Below, piece after piece: positions 1 through 12,016 of a stretch of 64,000 nt of DNA. Position 1 is the stretch's first letter; every line of letters begins with the position of its first letter. Under the pieces are notes generated by a model, which was not told where the DNA came from, made no database searches, and saw nothing but the letters and a program-made list of their open reading frames with translations. The position numbers were made by a program, and so were the translations under genes. Origin of the DNA: Xanthobacteraceae bacterium (GTDB taxonomy: Bacteria; Pseudomonadota; Alphaproteobacteria; Rhizobiales; Xanthobacteraceae); the NCBI GenBank assembly GCA_019752575.1, contig JAIELW010000013.1:82573-146572 (forward strand), in the 5' to 3' direction.

Positions 1-56
1 CGGTAGAACGGACGCTTCTTCGCGCCCGCGCGGGAAAGACGGATAACAACGGACAT
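1..56 (-). CDS. rpsP: 30S ribosomal protein S16, first 18 codons only (gene continues beyond the window start)
   Basis: The reverse complement of 1-56 translates MSVVIRLSRAGAKKRPFY, the canonical S16 N-terminus. An AGGAA Shine-Dalgarno lies just upstream. The gene sits 20 nt downstream of ffh, as in the conserved ffh-rpsP operon. It is absent from the ORF track because it is truncated. Confidence 0.85.
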   Translation of the reverse strand, partial: MSVVIRLSRAGAKKRPFY

Positions 57-76
57 TTCAGTTTCCTTTCAGGTGA

Positions 77-1582
77 CTACTTTTTCTTGTGTGGGTTCAC
101 GCCGCCGAGCCCCGGCAGGCCGGGAAATTTCGGAGGCAGGTTGGAAAGACCGGGAAATTGCGCGGGCAGTTTTCCTGCGTCGGGCATTTTCTCGGCGAGT
201 TTCTGGATGTCTTCCTGGTTTGGCATCTGGCCGGGGCCCATGCCGAGCATGTTGCCCAAGCCCGCGAGCATGCCGCCGCCTTTGCCGCGGCCCATCGACT
301 TCATCAGGTCGGCCATCTGCCGGTGCATCTTCAGAAGACGATTGATCTCTTCGACCTTCGCGCCCGAGCCGGCGGAGATGCGGCGCTTGCGCGAGGCTTT
401 CAGAATGTCGGGATTGCGCCGCTCCTGCGGCGTCATGGAATCGATGACCGCCTTCTGCCGCTTCAAGAGGCCGTCATCGACGTTCATGTTCGCCATTTGA
501 TTCTTCATCTTGGCGACGCCGGGCATCATGCCCATGAGGCCCGAAAGCCCGCCCATCTTGCTCATCTGGTCGAGCTGATCGCGTAGATCGGAAAGGTCGA
601 ACGAGCCCTTCCGCATCTTTTCGGCAGCCGCCTGCATCTTCGCGGCGTCGAGATTTTCCGCCGCCTTTTCGACCAGGCCGACCACGTCGCCCATGCCGAG
701 GATGCGGCCCGCGATGCGCACTGGATCGAAATCTTCGAGCGCGTCGAGCTTTTCGCCGACACCGATCAGCTTGATCGGCTTACCGGTGACTGCGCGCATG
801 GAGAGCGCGGCACCCCCGCGGCCGTCGCCATCGACGCGCGTCAGCACGATGCCGGTCACGGCAAGCTTCGCGTCGAATGCGCGCGCGGTGTTCACTGCGT
901 CTTGGCCCGTTAACGCATCGGCGACGAGTAGAATTTCGTGAGGCTTGGCGAGCGCGGCAACGTCGGCTGCTTCCTGCATCAGCTCTTCATCGACAGTGAC
1001 GCGGCCCGCGCTATCGAGCATCACGACGTCGTAACCGCCGCGCCGCGCTTCGGAGAGAGCGCGCTTGGTGATCTCGACTGCGTTCTGCCCTTCGACGATC
1101 GGGAGCGTATCGACGCTGACCTGTTTGCCGAGGACAGCGAGTTGCTCTTGGGCTGCCGGACGGCGCACGTCTAACGACGCCATCAGAACTTTCTTCTTCG
1201 CGCGCTCTTTCAGGCGCTTCGCGATCTTGCCGGTGCTCGTGGTTTTGCCCGAACCCTGCAGGCCGACCATCAGGATCGCGACCGGCGGTTGCGCGGCAAG
1301 ATCGATCGGCTTCGTATCCGAGCCGAGTACGGCAACGAGTTCGTCGTGGACGATCTTCGCGATCATCTGGCCAGGAGTTACCGAGCGGATGATTTCCGCT
1401 CCGACCGCGCGCGCCGTCACCTTCTCGACGAAGGCACGCGCCACTTCGAGCGAGACGTCAGCCTCCAAGAGTGCCTGTCGCATGGCGCGCATGGCCTCTG
1501 TCACGTCGCTCTCGGTGAGAGCGCCGCGCCCGCGAAGCCTGTCGAGTACGCCGCCGAGGCGGCCGGTCAGGTTCTCGAACAT
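77..1582 (-). CDS. ffh: signal recognition particle protein Ffh (SRP54-family GTPase)
   Basis: 501-aa ORF with an MFENLTGRL N-terminus, P-loop GLQGSGKTT and a Met-rich C-terminal M domain (GLSGLMGMMPG, GGGMLAGLGNMLGMGPG). Confidence 0.97.
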   Translation of the reverse strand: MFENLTGRLGGVLDRLRGRGALTESDVTEAMRAMRQALLEADVSLEVARAFVEKVTARAVGAEIIRSVTPGQMIAKIVHDELVAVLGSDTKPIDLAAQPPVAILMVGLQGSGKTTSTGKIAKRLKERAKKKVLMASLDVRRPAAQEQLAVLGKQVSVDTLPIVEGQNAVEITKRALSEARRGGYDVVMLDSAGRVTVDEELMQEAADVAALAKPHEILLVADALTGQDAVNTARAFDAKLAVTGIVLTRVDGDGRGGAALSMRAVTGKPIKLIGVGEKLDALEDFDPVRIAGRILGMGDVVGLVEKAAENLDAAKMQAAAEKMRKGSFDLSDLRDQLDQMSKMGGLSGLMGMMPGVAKMKNQMANMNVDDGLLKRQKAVIDSMTPQERRNPDILKASRKRRISAGSGAKVEEINRLLKMHRQMADLMKSMGRGKGGGMLAGLGNMLGMGPGQMPNQEDIQKLAEKMPDAGKLPAQFPGLSNLPPKFPGLPGLGGVNPHKKK

Positions 1583-1596
1583 TCGTCTTCCGTTTG

Positions 1597-1695
1597 CCTC
1601 GTCCTGAGGAGCGATCCGAAAGGATCGCGTCTCGAAGGGCGAGGCTCGTTTCTCATCCTTCGAGACGCGGGCTGCGCCCGCTCCTCAGGATGAGG
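1597..1695. repeat. REP-like nested palindromic element (two inverted units)
   Basis: CCTCGTCCTGAGGAGCG (1597-1613) pairs with CGCTCCTCAGGATGAGG (1679-1695) with one G:U. Inner arms GCGTCTCGAAGG (1627-1638) and CCTTCGAGACGC (1657-1668) are perfectly complementary. I recognise the TCCTGAGGAGCG...CGTCTCGAAGGATGAG unit as an intergenic repeat type of Bradyrhizobium/Rhodopseudomonas-like genomes. Confidence 0.8.
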
Positions 1696-1812
1696 TAGCA
1701 GCCAAACGCCGTTCACCCCCGAGGGCGCAACGCGCTGTCGGAGGGTGACCTCCGGGGTCTAAAGCCCCGGTCGGCCGCGAGGAAGTCTCGCGAGGTCGCT
1801 TGGTGACAGGAC

Positions 1813-1841
1813 GACTAGGGGCCCGGTGTGTCCAAGTCAAG
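1813..1841 (-). promoter_or_regulatory. candidate sigma70-type promoter for ffh
   Basis: The minus strand reads CTTGAC (1841-1836), a 17-nt spacer, then CTAGTC (1818-1813). This resembles the alphaproteobacterial CTTGAC-N17-CTATAT pattern. It would give a roughly 220-nt ffh leader that includes the repeat at 1597-1695. Confidence 0.3.
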
Positions 1842-1865
1842 GAAATCGGGGCTTTTGGGTCCGGA

Positions 1866-1895
1866 TTGGCTTAATCCGGCCGGATCGCCATATAT
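1866..1895 (+). promoter_or_regulatory. candidate promoter for dapF (near-leaderless transcript)
   Basis: TTGGCT (1866-1871), a 17-18 nt spacer, then CATATAT (1889-1895). The dapF ATG is at 1905, so the 5' leader would be only a few nt. Confidence 0.3.
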
Positions 1896-1904
1896 GACCG
1901 CAGC

Positions 1905-2780
1905 ATGAGCGCGCTTCTGAACCGCCCCTTTGTGAAGATGAACGGCATCGGCAACGATATCGTCGTCGTCGATCTGCGGGAGGATTCTGCGCCCGTTACC
2001 GAAGCCGATGCGCGGGCGATCGCGCGCAAAGATGCCGTGCCGTTCGATCAGCTCATGGCGCTTTATCCGTCTCGCGTCGCGGGCACCGACGCCTTCATCC
2101 GCATCTATAATTCCGACGGTTCCGAAGCCGGCGCCTGCGGCAACGGCATGCGCTGCGTGGTCTCGCGCGACGTGAAGCGAACCGGCAAGCGCGATTTCGT
2201 TTACGAGACGCGCGCGGGCCTGATCCCCGCGCATTTCGAAAACGAGAACACAATCACGGTCGATATGGGCAAGCCGCGCTTTGACTGGCGCGACATTCCG
2301 CTCGCCGAGGAATTCCGCGACACCCGCATGATCGAATTGCAGATCGGGCCGATCGACAAGCCGGTGCTGCACTCGCCTTCGGTCGTCTCGATGGGCAATC
2401 CGCACGCGGTGTTCTGGGTCGACGATCCTTACGCCTACGATCTCGAGAAGTTCGGGCCGATGCTCGAGAACCATCCGATCTTTCCCGAGCGCGCGAACAT
2501 CTCGCTGGCAAGCGTGAAGGATCGCGAGAATATTATTATGCGCACCTGGGAACGCGGCGCGGGCCTAACCAAGGCCTGCGGTTCGGCCGCTTGCGCGGTC
2601 GCCGTGTCGGCGGCGCGCACCAAGCGCACCGGACGCAAGGTTCATCTTTCGCTGCCCGGCGGCAGTCTCGAAATCGAATGGCGCGAGAGTGACGATCACG
2701 TTTTGATGACCGGGCCGGTCGAATTCGAATTCGAAGGCGTTTTGGATTCGAAGATTCTGAACACGGCATCGGCCGCGTAA
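1905..2780 (+). CDS. dapF: diaminopimelate epimerase
   Basis: 291-aa ORF with [15 protein letters not shown] at the N-terminus and both catalytic Cys contexts (GACGNGMRC and TKACGSAAC). Confidence 0.96.
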   Translation: MSALLNRPFVKMNGIGNDIVVVDLREDSAPVTEADARAIARKDAVPFDQLMALYPSRVAGTDAFIRIYNSDGSEAGACGNGMRCVVSRDVKRTGKRDFVYETRAGLIPAHFENENTITVDMGKPRFDWRDIPLAEEFRDTRMIELQIGPIDKPVLHSPSVVSMGNPHAVFWVDDPYAYDLEKFGPMLENHPIFPERANISLASVKDRENIIMRTWERGAGLTKACGSAACAVAVSAARTKRTGRKVHLSLPGGSLEIEWRESDDHVLMTGPVEFEFEGVLDSKILNTASAA

Positions 2781-4024
2781 TGTCCGTTGAGGTCGTCACC
2801 TTCGGCTGCCGGCTCAACATCACCGAGTCGGAAACGATCCGCCGGCACGCGCAAGCTGCGAAGCTGGAGAACGCGATCATCGTGAACTCCTGTGCCGTGA
2901 CTGGCGAGGCGGTGCGCCAAGCGCGCCAGCAAATCCGCCGCATGAAGCGCGAGCGGCCTGACGCGCAGATCGTCGTCACCGGATGCGCGGCACAAACGGA
3001 GGCGGACACTTTCTCAGCGATGCCCGAAGTCGCTCGCGTGATCGGCAACGCACGCAAGCTGGATGCCGCGACATGGGCCGCGCCCTTCGGCGCATTGGAG
3101 AAAGTGCAGATCGACGATCTCGATTCCATTCGCACCACCGCGCTCCATCTCGTCGACGGGTTTGAAGGCCACACCCGCGCCTTCGTGCAAATTCAGAACG
3201 GCTGCGATCACCGCTGCACTTTCTGCATCATCCCCTATGGCCGCGGTCCGTCGCGCTCGGTCGGCGCGGGCGAAGTGGTTTCGCAGATCAGGGCGCTCGT
3301 TGAGCGCGGTTATCGTGAAGTCGTGCTGACCGGCGTCGATCTCACTTCATGGGGCAACGATCTCCCCGGCACGCCGAAGCTCGGCACACTCATTCGCCAG
3401 ATTCTCAAGCATGTTCCTGAATTATCGCGCCTGCGCATATCCTCAATCGATTCCATCGAGGTCGACGACGATTTCCTGCGCGCGCTCGCCGAAGACGAAC
3501 GCTTGATGCCGCATCTGCACCTGTCACTGCAGGCAGGCGACGATCTCATTCTCAAGCGCATGAAGCGGCGTCATCTCGCACGCGATGCCGTTCGCTTCAC
3601 CAAAGAAGCACGCCGTCTGCGTCCCGATATCGTCTTCGGCGCGGATTTCATCGCGGGCTTCCCGACCGAAACCGAAGTGCGCTTCGAAAACACGCTGCAG
3701 CATGCTGAAGACTGCGGCCTTACGTTTCTGCACGTGTTTCCGTTCTCGCCGCGCAAGGGCACGCCCGCCGCGCGTATGCCCCAAGTCGCACGCGACATTG
3801 TTAAAGAGCGCGCCGCACGCCTGCGCGCAAAGGGCGATGAGCTGCTGCGTCGTCACTTGGCAAGCGAGGTCGGCAAGTCGCGCCGCGTGCTCGTCGAGCA
3901 GAGCGGGATTGAAGGCCGCAGCGAACATTTCATGCCGGTGAAACTTGCGCATAGCTTCGCGCGCGGCACCATCGCGGAAGTACGCATTGCCGGTCATGAC
4001 GAACGCGGTCTACTGGCGGCATGA
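2780..4024 (+). CDS. mtaB: tRNA (t6A37) methylthiotransferase MtaB (MiaB-like radical SAM enzyme)
   Basis: 414-aa ORF with N-terminal VVTFGCRLN, radical-SAM motif GCDHRCTFC and a C-terminal TRAM-like region. TAATG overlap with the dapF stop. Conserved dapF-mtaB-ftsY order. Confidence 0.9.
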   Translation: MSVEVVTFGCRLNITESETIRRHAQAAKLENAIIVNSCAVTGEAVRQARQQIRRMKRERPDAQIVVTGCAAQTEADTFSAMPEVARVIGNARKLDAATWAAPFGALEKVQIDDLDSIRTTALHLVDGFEGHTRAFVQIQNGCDHRCTFCIIPYGRGPSRSVGAGEVVSQIRALVERGYREVVLTGVDLTSWGNDLPGTPKLGTLIRQILKHVPELSRLRISSIDSIEVDDDFLRALAEDERLMPHLHLSLQAGDDLILKRMKRRHLARDAVRFTKEARRLRPDIVFGADFIAGFPTETEVRFENTLQHAEDCGLTFLHVFPFSPRKGTPAARMPQVARDIVKERAARLRAKGDELLRRHLASEVGKSRRVLVEQSGIEGRSEHFMPVKLAHSFARGTIAEVRIAGHDERGLLAA

Positions 4025-4938
4025 GTTTCTGGAAGCGCCTCACCGGCGGTCTCTCCCGCTCCGCTTCGCGCATCGGCGAAGGCCTCTCGCGCATCGGCTT
4101 TCGCGGCGCCGATCCGAAGACCTTGCAGGAAGTCGAAGACCTTCTGATCTCCTCTGACATCGGCGTTGAGACCGCATCCAAGATCGTGATGGCGCTGAAC
4201 GACGGACGGCTCGGCGAGCGCTATGAAGCGGCCGACTTCAAAGCTTTGATCGCAAATGAAGTCGAGAATGTACTCGCAAAAGTGGAGCACCCGCTCGAAA
4301 TCGCGACTCATAAGCCTTTCGTGATTCTCGCGGTCGGCGTGAATGGCTCGGGCAAGACGACGACGCTCGGCAAGCTGGCGGCGAAGTTTCGCGCGGAAGG
4401 CAAGAAGGTGACGCTGGGCGCTGCCGACACTTTCCGTGCCGCCGCCATCGAACAACTCAAGCTCTGGGCTGACCGCACAAATTCCTCGATTGTCGCAAAA
4501 GCGCAAGGGTCCGATCCCGCAGGCGTCGCCTTCGATGCGATCACAAAAGCACGAGAGGAGAACGCGGACATTCTCCTGATCGACACCGCCGGGCGCTTGC
4601 AGAACAAAGACTCGCTGATGTCTGAACTCGAAAAAATCGTGCGTGTGATCAAGAAGGTCGACGACAGCGCGCCGCACGCGGTGTTGCTCGTGCTCGACGC
4701 CACAGTCGGCCAGAACGCGCTCTCCCAGGTCGAGGCGTTCAAACAGACGGCGGGCGTCACCGGGCTTGTCGTGACCAAACTTGACGGCACTGCGAAGGGC
4801 GGGATCCTGGTCGCGATCTCCGCGCGCCACAGCCTGCCGGTGCATTTCATCGGCGTCGGAGAGAGCGTTGACGATCTGGAGGTTTTCTCCGCGAAAGACT
4901 TCTCCCGCGCGCTTGTGGGTTTTGAAGAGTCCGCTTGA
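4021..4938 (+). CDS. ftsY: signal recognition particle receptor FtsY
   Basis: 305-aa ORF with NG-domain motifs GVNGSGKTTT, DTAGR and TKLDGTAKGG. ATGA overlap with mtaB. Confidence 0.96.
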   Translation: MSFWKRLTGGLSRSASRIGEGLSRIGFRGADPKTLQEVEDLLISSDIGVETASKIVMALNDGRLGERYEAADFKALIANEVENVLAKVEHPLEIATHKPFVILAVGVNGSGKTTTLGKLAAKFRAEGKKVTLGAADTFRAAAIEQLKLWADRTNSSIVAKAQGSDPAGVAFDAITKAREENADILLIDTAGRLQNKDSLMSELEKIVRVIKKVDDSAPHAVLLVLDATVGQNALSQVEAFKQTAGVTGLVVTKLDGTAKGGILVAISARHSLPVHFIGVGESVDDLEVFSAKDFSRALVGFEESA

Positions 4939-4969
4939 AACCGCCGCATTCAAAGGGCAACAGGAAGAA

Positions 4970-5554
4970 ATGACCGACGCCGCCGCACCGAAGAAACATC
5001 TCGCGCCGCTGCCGAAGCTGCTGCTCGATCTCGGGCCGCTTCTGCTTTTCTTCTTCGCCAACTCCTATCGCGGCATCTATTTCGCGACCGGCGCCTTCAT
5101 GATCGCAACCGTTGTGACGCTTGCCATCAGCTACTATCTGATCCGCCGCTTTCCGGTGATGCCGATCGTGACGGCGGTGATCGTCATAGTGTTCGGCGCG
5201 CTGACGCTCTATTTGCACAACGATACGTTCATCAAGCTCAAGCCGACGATTCTCTACGTGATGTTCGCGGTCGTGTTGCTCGCGGGTCTCGCCACCGGCC
5301 GCCCGCTGTTTCAGATCGTGCTCGACGGTGCCTTTCACATGACGGAAGTCGGCTGGAGAAAGCTGACCTTTAACTGGGCGCTGTTTTTTCTCGTGATGGC
5401 CGGCGTCAACGAATTCGTCTGGCGCACATTCACCACCGACCAGTGGGTCGCGTTCAAGACGTTCGGCTTTCTCCCGCTGACGCTCGTCTTCGCAATTTCG
5501 CAAGCGCCGATCATGGCGAAGTACGCGATCAAAGACACGGACGCGAAGAACTAG
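4970..5554 (+). CDS. yciB: intracellular septation protein A (YciB/IspZ family inner membrane protein)
   Basis: The internal ATG at 4970 of ORF 4781-5554 gives a 194-aa polytopic membrane protein (LLLDLGPLLLFFFAN...). The 5' part of the tracked ORF overlaps ftsY and is not coding. Confidence 0.85.
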   Translation: MTDAAAPKKHLAPLPKLLLDLGPLLLFFFANSYRGIYFATGAFMIATVVTLAISYYLIRRFPVMPIVTAVIVIVFGALTLYLHNDTFIKLKPTILYVMFAVVLLAGLATGRPLFQIVLDGAFHMTEVGWRKLTFNWALFFLVMAGVNEFVWRTFTTDQWVAFKTFGFLPLTLVFAISQAPIMAKYAIKDTDAKN

Positions 5555-6084
5555 TTCGCCAGCGCCTTTTCGATTTCCGCAAGCAGCCGCGGATAATTCT
5601 CCGCCGTGATCGGCCCGACCAGCTTGTAAAAGATCCTTCCGTCGCGCCCGACCAGAAACGTCTCTGGTACCCCATAGACGCCCCATTCGATCGCCGCGCG
5701 TCCCGCGGTGTCCACGCTGATTGCGTGAAATGGATTGCCGAGCTGCGAGAGAAATTTGAGCGCGTTGGCGGGCTGATCCTTGTAATTGACGCCGGCGACG
5801 CGAACGCGATTGTCTTTCGCGAGCCGCACCAGGAACGCATGCTCCGCGCGGCAAGGCACACACCACGACGCCCAGACGTTCACAACCGTCACGTTGCCCT
5901 TGAATGATACCGGATCGATCGCGGGCGTATTCGCGCCTTCGAGCGCGGGCAGGACAAGTTGCGGCGCGGGCTTGCCGATCAGTGCCGACGGCACCACCGA
6001 GTGATCGCCGCCGATGCGGAAAAAGAACACCGCGGCAAGCGCGAGAAAAATGCCGAGTGGAATGAAGACGGCGGCGCGGCGCAT
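5551..6084 (-). CDS. ccmG: DsbE/CcmG thiol:disulfide interchange protein (cytochrome c maturation)
   Basis: 177-aa ORF with a signal-anchor N-terminus and the thioredoxin motif WASWCVPCRAEH. It lies immediately after ccmD. Confidence 0.93.
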   Translation of the reverse strand: MRRAAVFIPLGIFLALAAVFFFRIGGDHSVVPSALIGKPAPQLVLPALEGANTPAIDPVSFKGNVTVVNVWASWCVPCRAEHAFLVRLAKDNRVRVAGVNYKDQPANALKFLSQLGNPFHAISVDTAGRAAIEWGVYGVPETFLVGRDGRIFYKLVGPITAENYPRLLAEIEKALAN

Positions 6085-6234
6085 CTATTTCTTCTTGGCG
6101 CGGCGCGCTTCGAGTTCCGCGAGCGCTTTGCATTGCGCGCGGTAATCCAGCGCGGCCCAGACGAACAAGGCGCAAAGCACGAAGGCTGCGAAGCCGTAAG
6201 CGGTGGCAATGAAGGTTGTGTGCAGGTGGACCAT
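6085..6234 (-). CDS. ccmD: heme exporter protein CcmD
   Basis: 49-aa single-TM protein MVHLHTTFIATAYGFAAFVLCALFVWAALDYRAQ..., the C-terminal part of tracked ORF 6085-6780. ATGA overlap with the ccmC stop, and its stop abuts the ccmG start. Position and size are typical of CcmD. Confidence 0.8.
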   Translation of the reverse strand: MVHLHTTFIATAYGFAAFVLCALFVWAALDYRAQCKALAELEARRAKKK

Positions 6235-6962
6235 CAGCGCACCTCCTGCGCCGCGAAGATCGCGAGCGTGCGGACGCGGCGGCGCAAAATTTCGCTGCGC
6301 ATCGCCACCATCAGCATCGCGCCGAACAAAAACGAAAAGCCGAGCGCGCAGAATATGAGCGGCGTCAGATAAGCTGCGTGCATCGTCGGTCCGCCGAGAC
6401 GGAACACGGAAGCCGGCTGGTGCAGCGTGCTCCACCAGTCGACCGAGAATTTCACGATCGGAATGTTGATGAAGCCGGCGAGCGTGAGAATCGCGACCGC
6501 TTTCGCCGCAAGCAGCGGTTCTTCGAATGCGCGCCACAGCGCGATGATACCGAGATAGATGAGAAAGAGCACGAGCATGGAAGTGAGGCGTCCGTCCCAT
6601 TCCCAGAACGTGCCCCAGGTCGGGTAACCCCAGATCGAGCCGGTGACGAGACAGATCAGCGCGAAGCTGGCCCCGAACGGCGCCGCCGCTTTCTGCGCGA
6701 CGTCGGCGAGCGGATGCCGCCACACCAAGGTGCCGAGTGCCGCGACTGCCATTACCGTATAGATACCGAGCGCGAGCCACGCGGCCGGGACATGCACGAA
6801 CATGATCCGGAACATGTAGCCCTGATCGCGCTCCGGCGGCGCCTGGAAGCCGAGATAGAAACCGTAAGCGAGCAACGGCAGCGCAAGCGCCGCGAACAGC
6901 GGAATCATCCAGCGCGAGAACCGCATGAAACGGTTCGGATTGGCGAGCTCGCTCATTTTCAT
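6234..6962 (-). CDS. ccmC: heme exporter protein CcmC
   Basis: Polytopic membrane protein with the Trp-rich WGTFWEWDGRL motif. The ATG at 6962 (MKMSELANPNRF) is preferred over the TTG at 6998. The start is uncertain by up to 12 codons. Confidence 0.92.
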   Translation of the reverse strand: MKMSELANPNRFMRFSRWMIPLFAALALPLLAYGFYLGFQAPPERDQGYMFRIMFVHVPAAWLALGIYTVMAVAALGTLVWRHPLADVAQKAAAPFGASFALICLVTGSIWGYPTWGTFWEWDGRLTSMLVLFLIYLGIIALWRAFEEPLLAAKAVAILTLAGFINIPIVKFSVDWWSTLHQPASVFRLGGPTMHAAYLTPLIFCALGFSFLFGAMLMVAMRSEILRRRVRTLAIFAAQEVR

Positions 6963-7013
6963 GCGCGGCGTTCTAGGCATCGCGGCGCCTTCGGGCAATG
7001 CGGCGAAGACGCG

Positions 7014-7685
7014 TCATGTTTCGCGCCCGATTCTGAGCGCCGCCGCGGCCGCGACCGGTCCGATCACGAAGGAAAAGAGCGCCACCGCGAGCAGGAGCTT
7101 CACCGGCGTTCCGAAATACTCGCCCGCCGCGATGGATTGCGTCGCGGCCGAGCCGAAGATGAGAACCGGAATCGTGAAGGGGAGAATGAGCACCGCTGTC
7201 AGCATGCCTGAGCGCGGCAAGGCGACTGCGAGCGCCGCTCCGATCAGCCCGAACGACGTGATCGCGGGCGTGCCGATCAGCAACAACACGGCGGCGGCGG
7301 CAACGGTCGTTGCATTGAGGCCCAGCAGAATCCCAAACAGCGGCACCGCGAGCGCAATCGAAAGGCCGGTAATGAGCCAATGCGCAATCCCCTTGGCGGC
7401 GACCACTGCTTCCAGCGGCAAAGGCGCGAGCAGCAGAAGATCGAGGCCGCCGTCTTCGGCGTCGGCACCGAAAATTCGGTCAAGTCCGAGCAAACTCGAA
7501 AGCAGCGCTGCAACCCAGATCATTCCCCCGCCGATACGCGCAAGAACATCGAGATCGGGCCCGACCGCGAACGGCACCACCATCGCAATCGCAAGAAAGA
7601 ATACGAACGCCGTGCCGAGGCTACCGCCGGCGCGCACGCCGAGCTTCAGATCGCGGCGAATAAGGGAAGCCAACGCGCGAATCAT
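7014..7685 (-). CDS. ccmB: heme exporter protein CcmB
   Basis: 223-aa six-TM ORF. ATGA overlap with the ccmA stop. Conserved ccmA-ccmB-ccmC order. Confidence 0.93.
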   Translation of the reverse strand: MIRALASLIRRDLKLGVRAGGSLGTAFVFFLAIAMVVPFAVGPDLDVLARIGGGMIWVAALLSSLLGLDRIFGADAEDGGLDLLLLAPLPLEAVVAAKGIAHWLITGLSIALAVPLFGILLGLNATTVAAAAVLLLIGTPAITSFGLIGAALAVALPRSGMLTAVLILPFTIPVLIFGSAATQSIAAGEYFGTPVKLLLAVALFSFVIGPVAAAAALRIGRET

Positions 7686-8290
7686 GCGGCAACCGTTTCC
7701 TTGCTCTCTCCGAGCGCAATCGCCTGCGACGGCGCGACGTTCAGCGTTGTGTGACTCGATACGATCGCCATCCCGCCGCGCGCGCGATGCCCGGCGATGA
7801 TTTCGAGAAGCGTCGCGCGGCCTTCCGCGTCGAGCGCCGCGTCCGGCTCGTCGAGTAGCCAGAGCGTGCGGCGGATCGCGACAAGGCGTGCGAGCGCGAG
7901 CCTGCGCTTCTGGCCCGCGGAAAGTACCCGTCCCGGCAGCGGCGCAAGCGGAGCTAACCTCAGTTTGGAAAGCGCGGCCCCCTTCAGCGCGCCGCTGCTA
8001 CCGTAGAGATCGCACCAGAACGAAAGATTCTCCGAAACCGTGAGTGCGTCTTTCACCGCAGAGGCATGGCCGACGAAATGCGTTTCCTCGCTCCGTTCGC
8101 CGCCCTCGAAGACGATGCTGCCGGCGTCCAGAGGCAGGAGTCCTGCGATCTGGCGCAGCAGTGAGGTCTTGCCGGAGCCGTTCGGACCCGTGAGCAGCAG
8201 CAATTCGCCGTTGGATAGCGAAAACGACAGGCCGTCATAAAGCGCACGCCCGCCGCGCACGCAGGAAATACCGCTCGCAGTCAGGCGCAT
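7682..8290 (-). CDS. ccmA: heme ABC exporter ATP-binding protein CcmA
   Basis: 202-aa ORF with Walker A GPNGSGKTS, signature LSAGQKRR and Walker B LWLLDEP. Confidence 0.94.
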   Translation of the reverse strand: MRLTASGISCVRGGRALYDGLSFSLSNGELLLLTGPNGSGKTSLLRQIAGLLPLDAGSIVFEGGERSEETHFVGHASAVKDALTVSENLSFWCDLYGSSGALKGAALSKLRLAPLAPLPGRVLSAGQKRRLALARLVAIRRTLWLLDEPDAALDAEGRATLLEIIAGHRARGGMAIVSSHTTLNVAPSQAIALGESKETVAA

Positions 8291-8354
8291 CGGAAAGTCG
8301 TAGCCCCATGCCCGAAAATTGGACGAAGGATCAAATGCGGCTCCATTGCCCTTG

Positions 8355-8371
8355 TTCCGAATAGTTCTATA
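8355..8371. promoter_or_regulatory. candidate iron control element (Irr-box-like dyad) in the ccmA/acnA divergent region
   Basis: TTCCGAA-TAG-TTCTATA matches 11 of 14 specified positions of the ICE consensus TTTAGAA-N3-TTCTAAA. It sits 81 nt upstream of the acnA start. Confidence 0.3.
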
Positions 8372-8451
8372 AAGCGGCTTATCAGCCTTGGCACCGGACG
8401 AAAAACGCCGCCGGCCGGTACGGGCCTCACCCTGAACCAGCGGGAATCGCC

Positions 8452-11166
<2,715 letters not shown>

Positions 11167-11193
11167 AAAATCGCGGGCGAATTTCGATGGAAA

Positions 11194-11234
11194 GCCGCCG
11201 CTCACCCATTAGTGAGTGGCGGCCTTCTCTTTTT
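11194..11234 (+). terminator. rho-independent terminator of acnA
   Basis: 12-bp stem GCCGCCGCTCAC / GTGAGTGGCGGC (one G:U) with loop CCATTA, followed by CTTCTCTTTTTC. Confidence 0.8.
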
Positions 11235-11272
11235 CAGGCATATCGTCTTCGCATCAAATCGACAGGTTCGTG

Positions 11273-12001
11273 ATGCATGTGCTTTGCTTTTCTCGCGCGC
11301 TCGCGCTATTCGCGGTGATCGCGGTATCCGCGCCTTCGCCCGCGCTCGCGGGCGGCAAATCCGTGATCGAATTGTTCACGAGCCAGGGCTGCAATTCGTG
11401 CCCGCCCGCGGACAAGTTGCTCGGCAAGCTCACCCAAAACCCGAATCTTATCCCGCTGACGCTCGCGGTCGATTACTGGGACTATCTCGGCTGGAAAGAC
11501 ACGCTCGCGCTCGCCGAGCACGCCAAGCGCCAGCGCCACTACGCGAAAGTTCGCGGCGACATGAACGTCTATACGCCGCAGGCCATCGTGAACGGCGTGA
11601 AATACGCGGTCGGCAGCGACGCGAACGAAATTTCCTCGGCGCTCCGCAATCACCCGACCAACGAGCCGGAAATTCCGCTGGCCGTGAAGCGCGACGGCGA
11701 GAACATTTCGGTCGATGTGGGTCCGGGCCAGGGCAAGGCGACGGTCTGGATGCTCTCAGTCGCCGGCAAGGTCGAAGTGAAGATCGCCAAAGGCGAGAAC
11801 AAGGGCGAGACGATTACTTACTTCAATGTCGTGCGCGCGTGGCGCAATCTCGGCGCCTGGTCCGGCGCGCGAATCATGACCTCGGTGCCGGTCGCGGAGC
11901 TTTTGAATAAGGGCGCGGATAGCGTCGTAGTCCTCGTGCAGAACGGCGACGAGAAGCAGCCCGGGGTCATCCGCAACGCCGACATGCTCGCGCTGCGCTA
12001 G
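11273..12001 (+). CDS. DUF1223 domain-containing protein (thioredoxin-like, secreted)
   Basis: The ATG at 11273 (MHVLCFSRALALFAVIAVSAPSPALA signal peptide) lies downstream of the acnA terminator. SQGCNSCPPAD CxxC motif typical of DUF1223. Confidence 0.85.
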   Translation: MHVLCFSRALALFAVIAVSAPSPALAGGKSVIELFTSQGCNSCPPADKLLGKLTQNPNLIPLTLAVDYWDYLGWKDTLALAEHAKRQRHYAKVRGDMNVYTPQAIVNGVKYAVGSDANEISSALRNHPTNEPEIPLAVKRDGENISVDVGPGQGKATVWMLSVAGKVEVKIAKGENKGETITYFNVVRAWRNLGAWSGARIMTSVPVAELLNKGADSVVVLVQNGDEKQPGVIRNADMLALR

Positions 12002-12016
12002 GTCGCGAATCTAGGG

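Noticed and set aside
1700-1860. Structured-looking GC-rich spacer with hairpins (CCGGGG-TCTAAAG-CCCCGG, CGCGAG-GAAGT-CTCGCG) considered as SRP (4.5S) RNA or 6S RNA next to ffh.
   Set aside because: The conserved SRP domain IV sequence (GGUCCGGAAGGAAGCAGCC-like) is absent on either strand. There is no end-to-end pairing typical of 6S RNA. The region is more simply the ffh leader / dapF promoter region.
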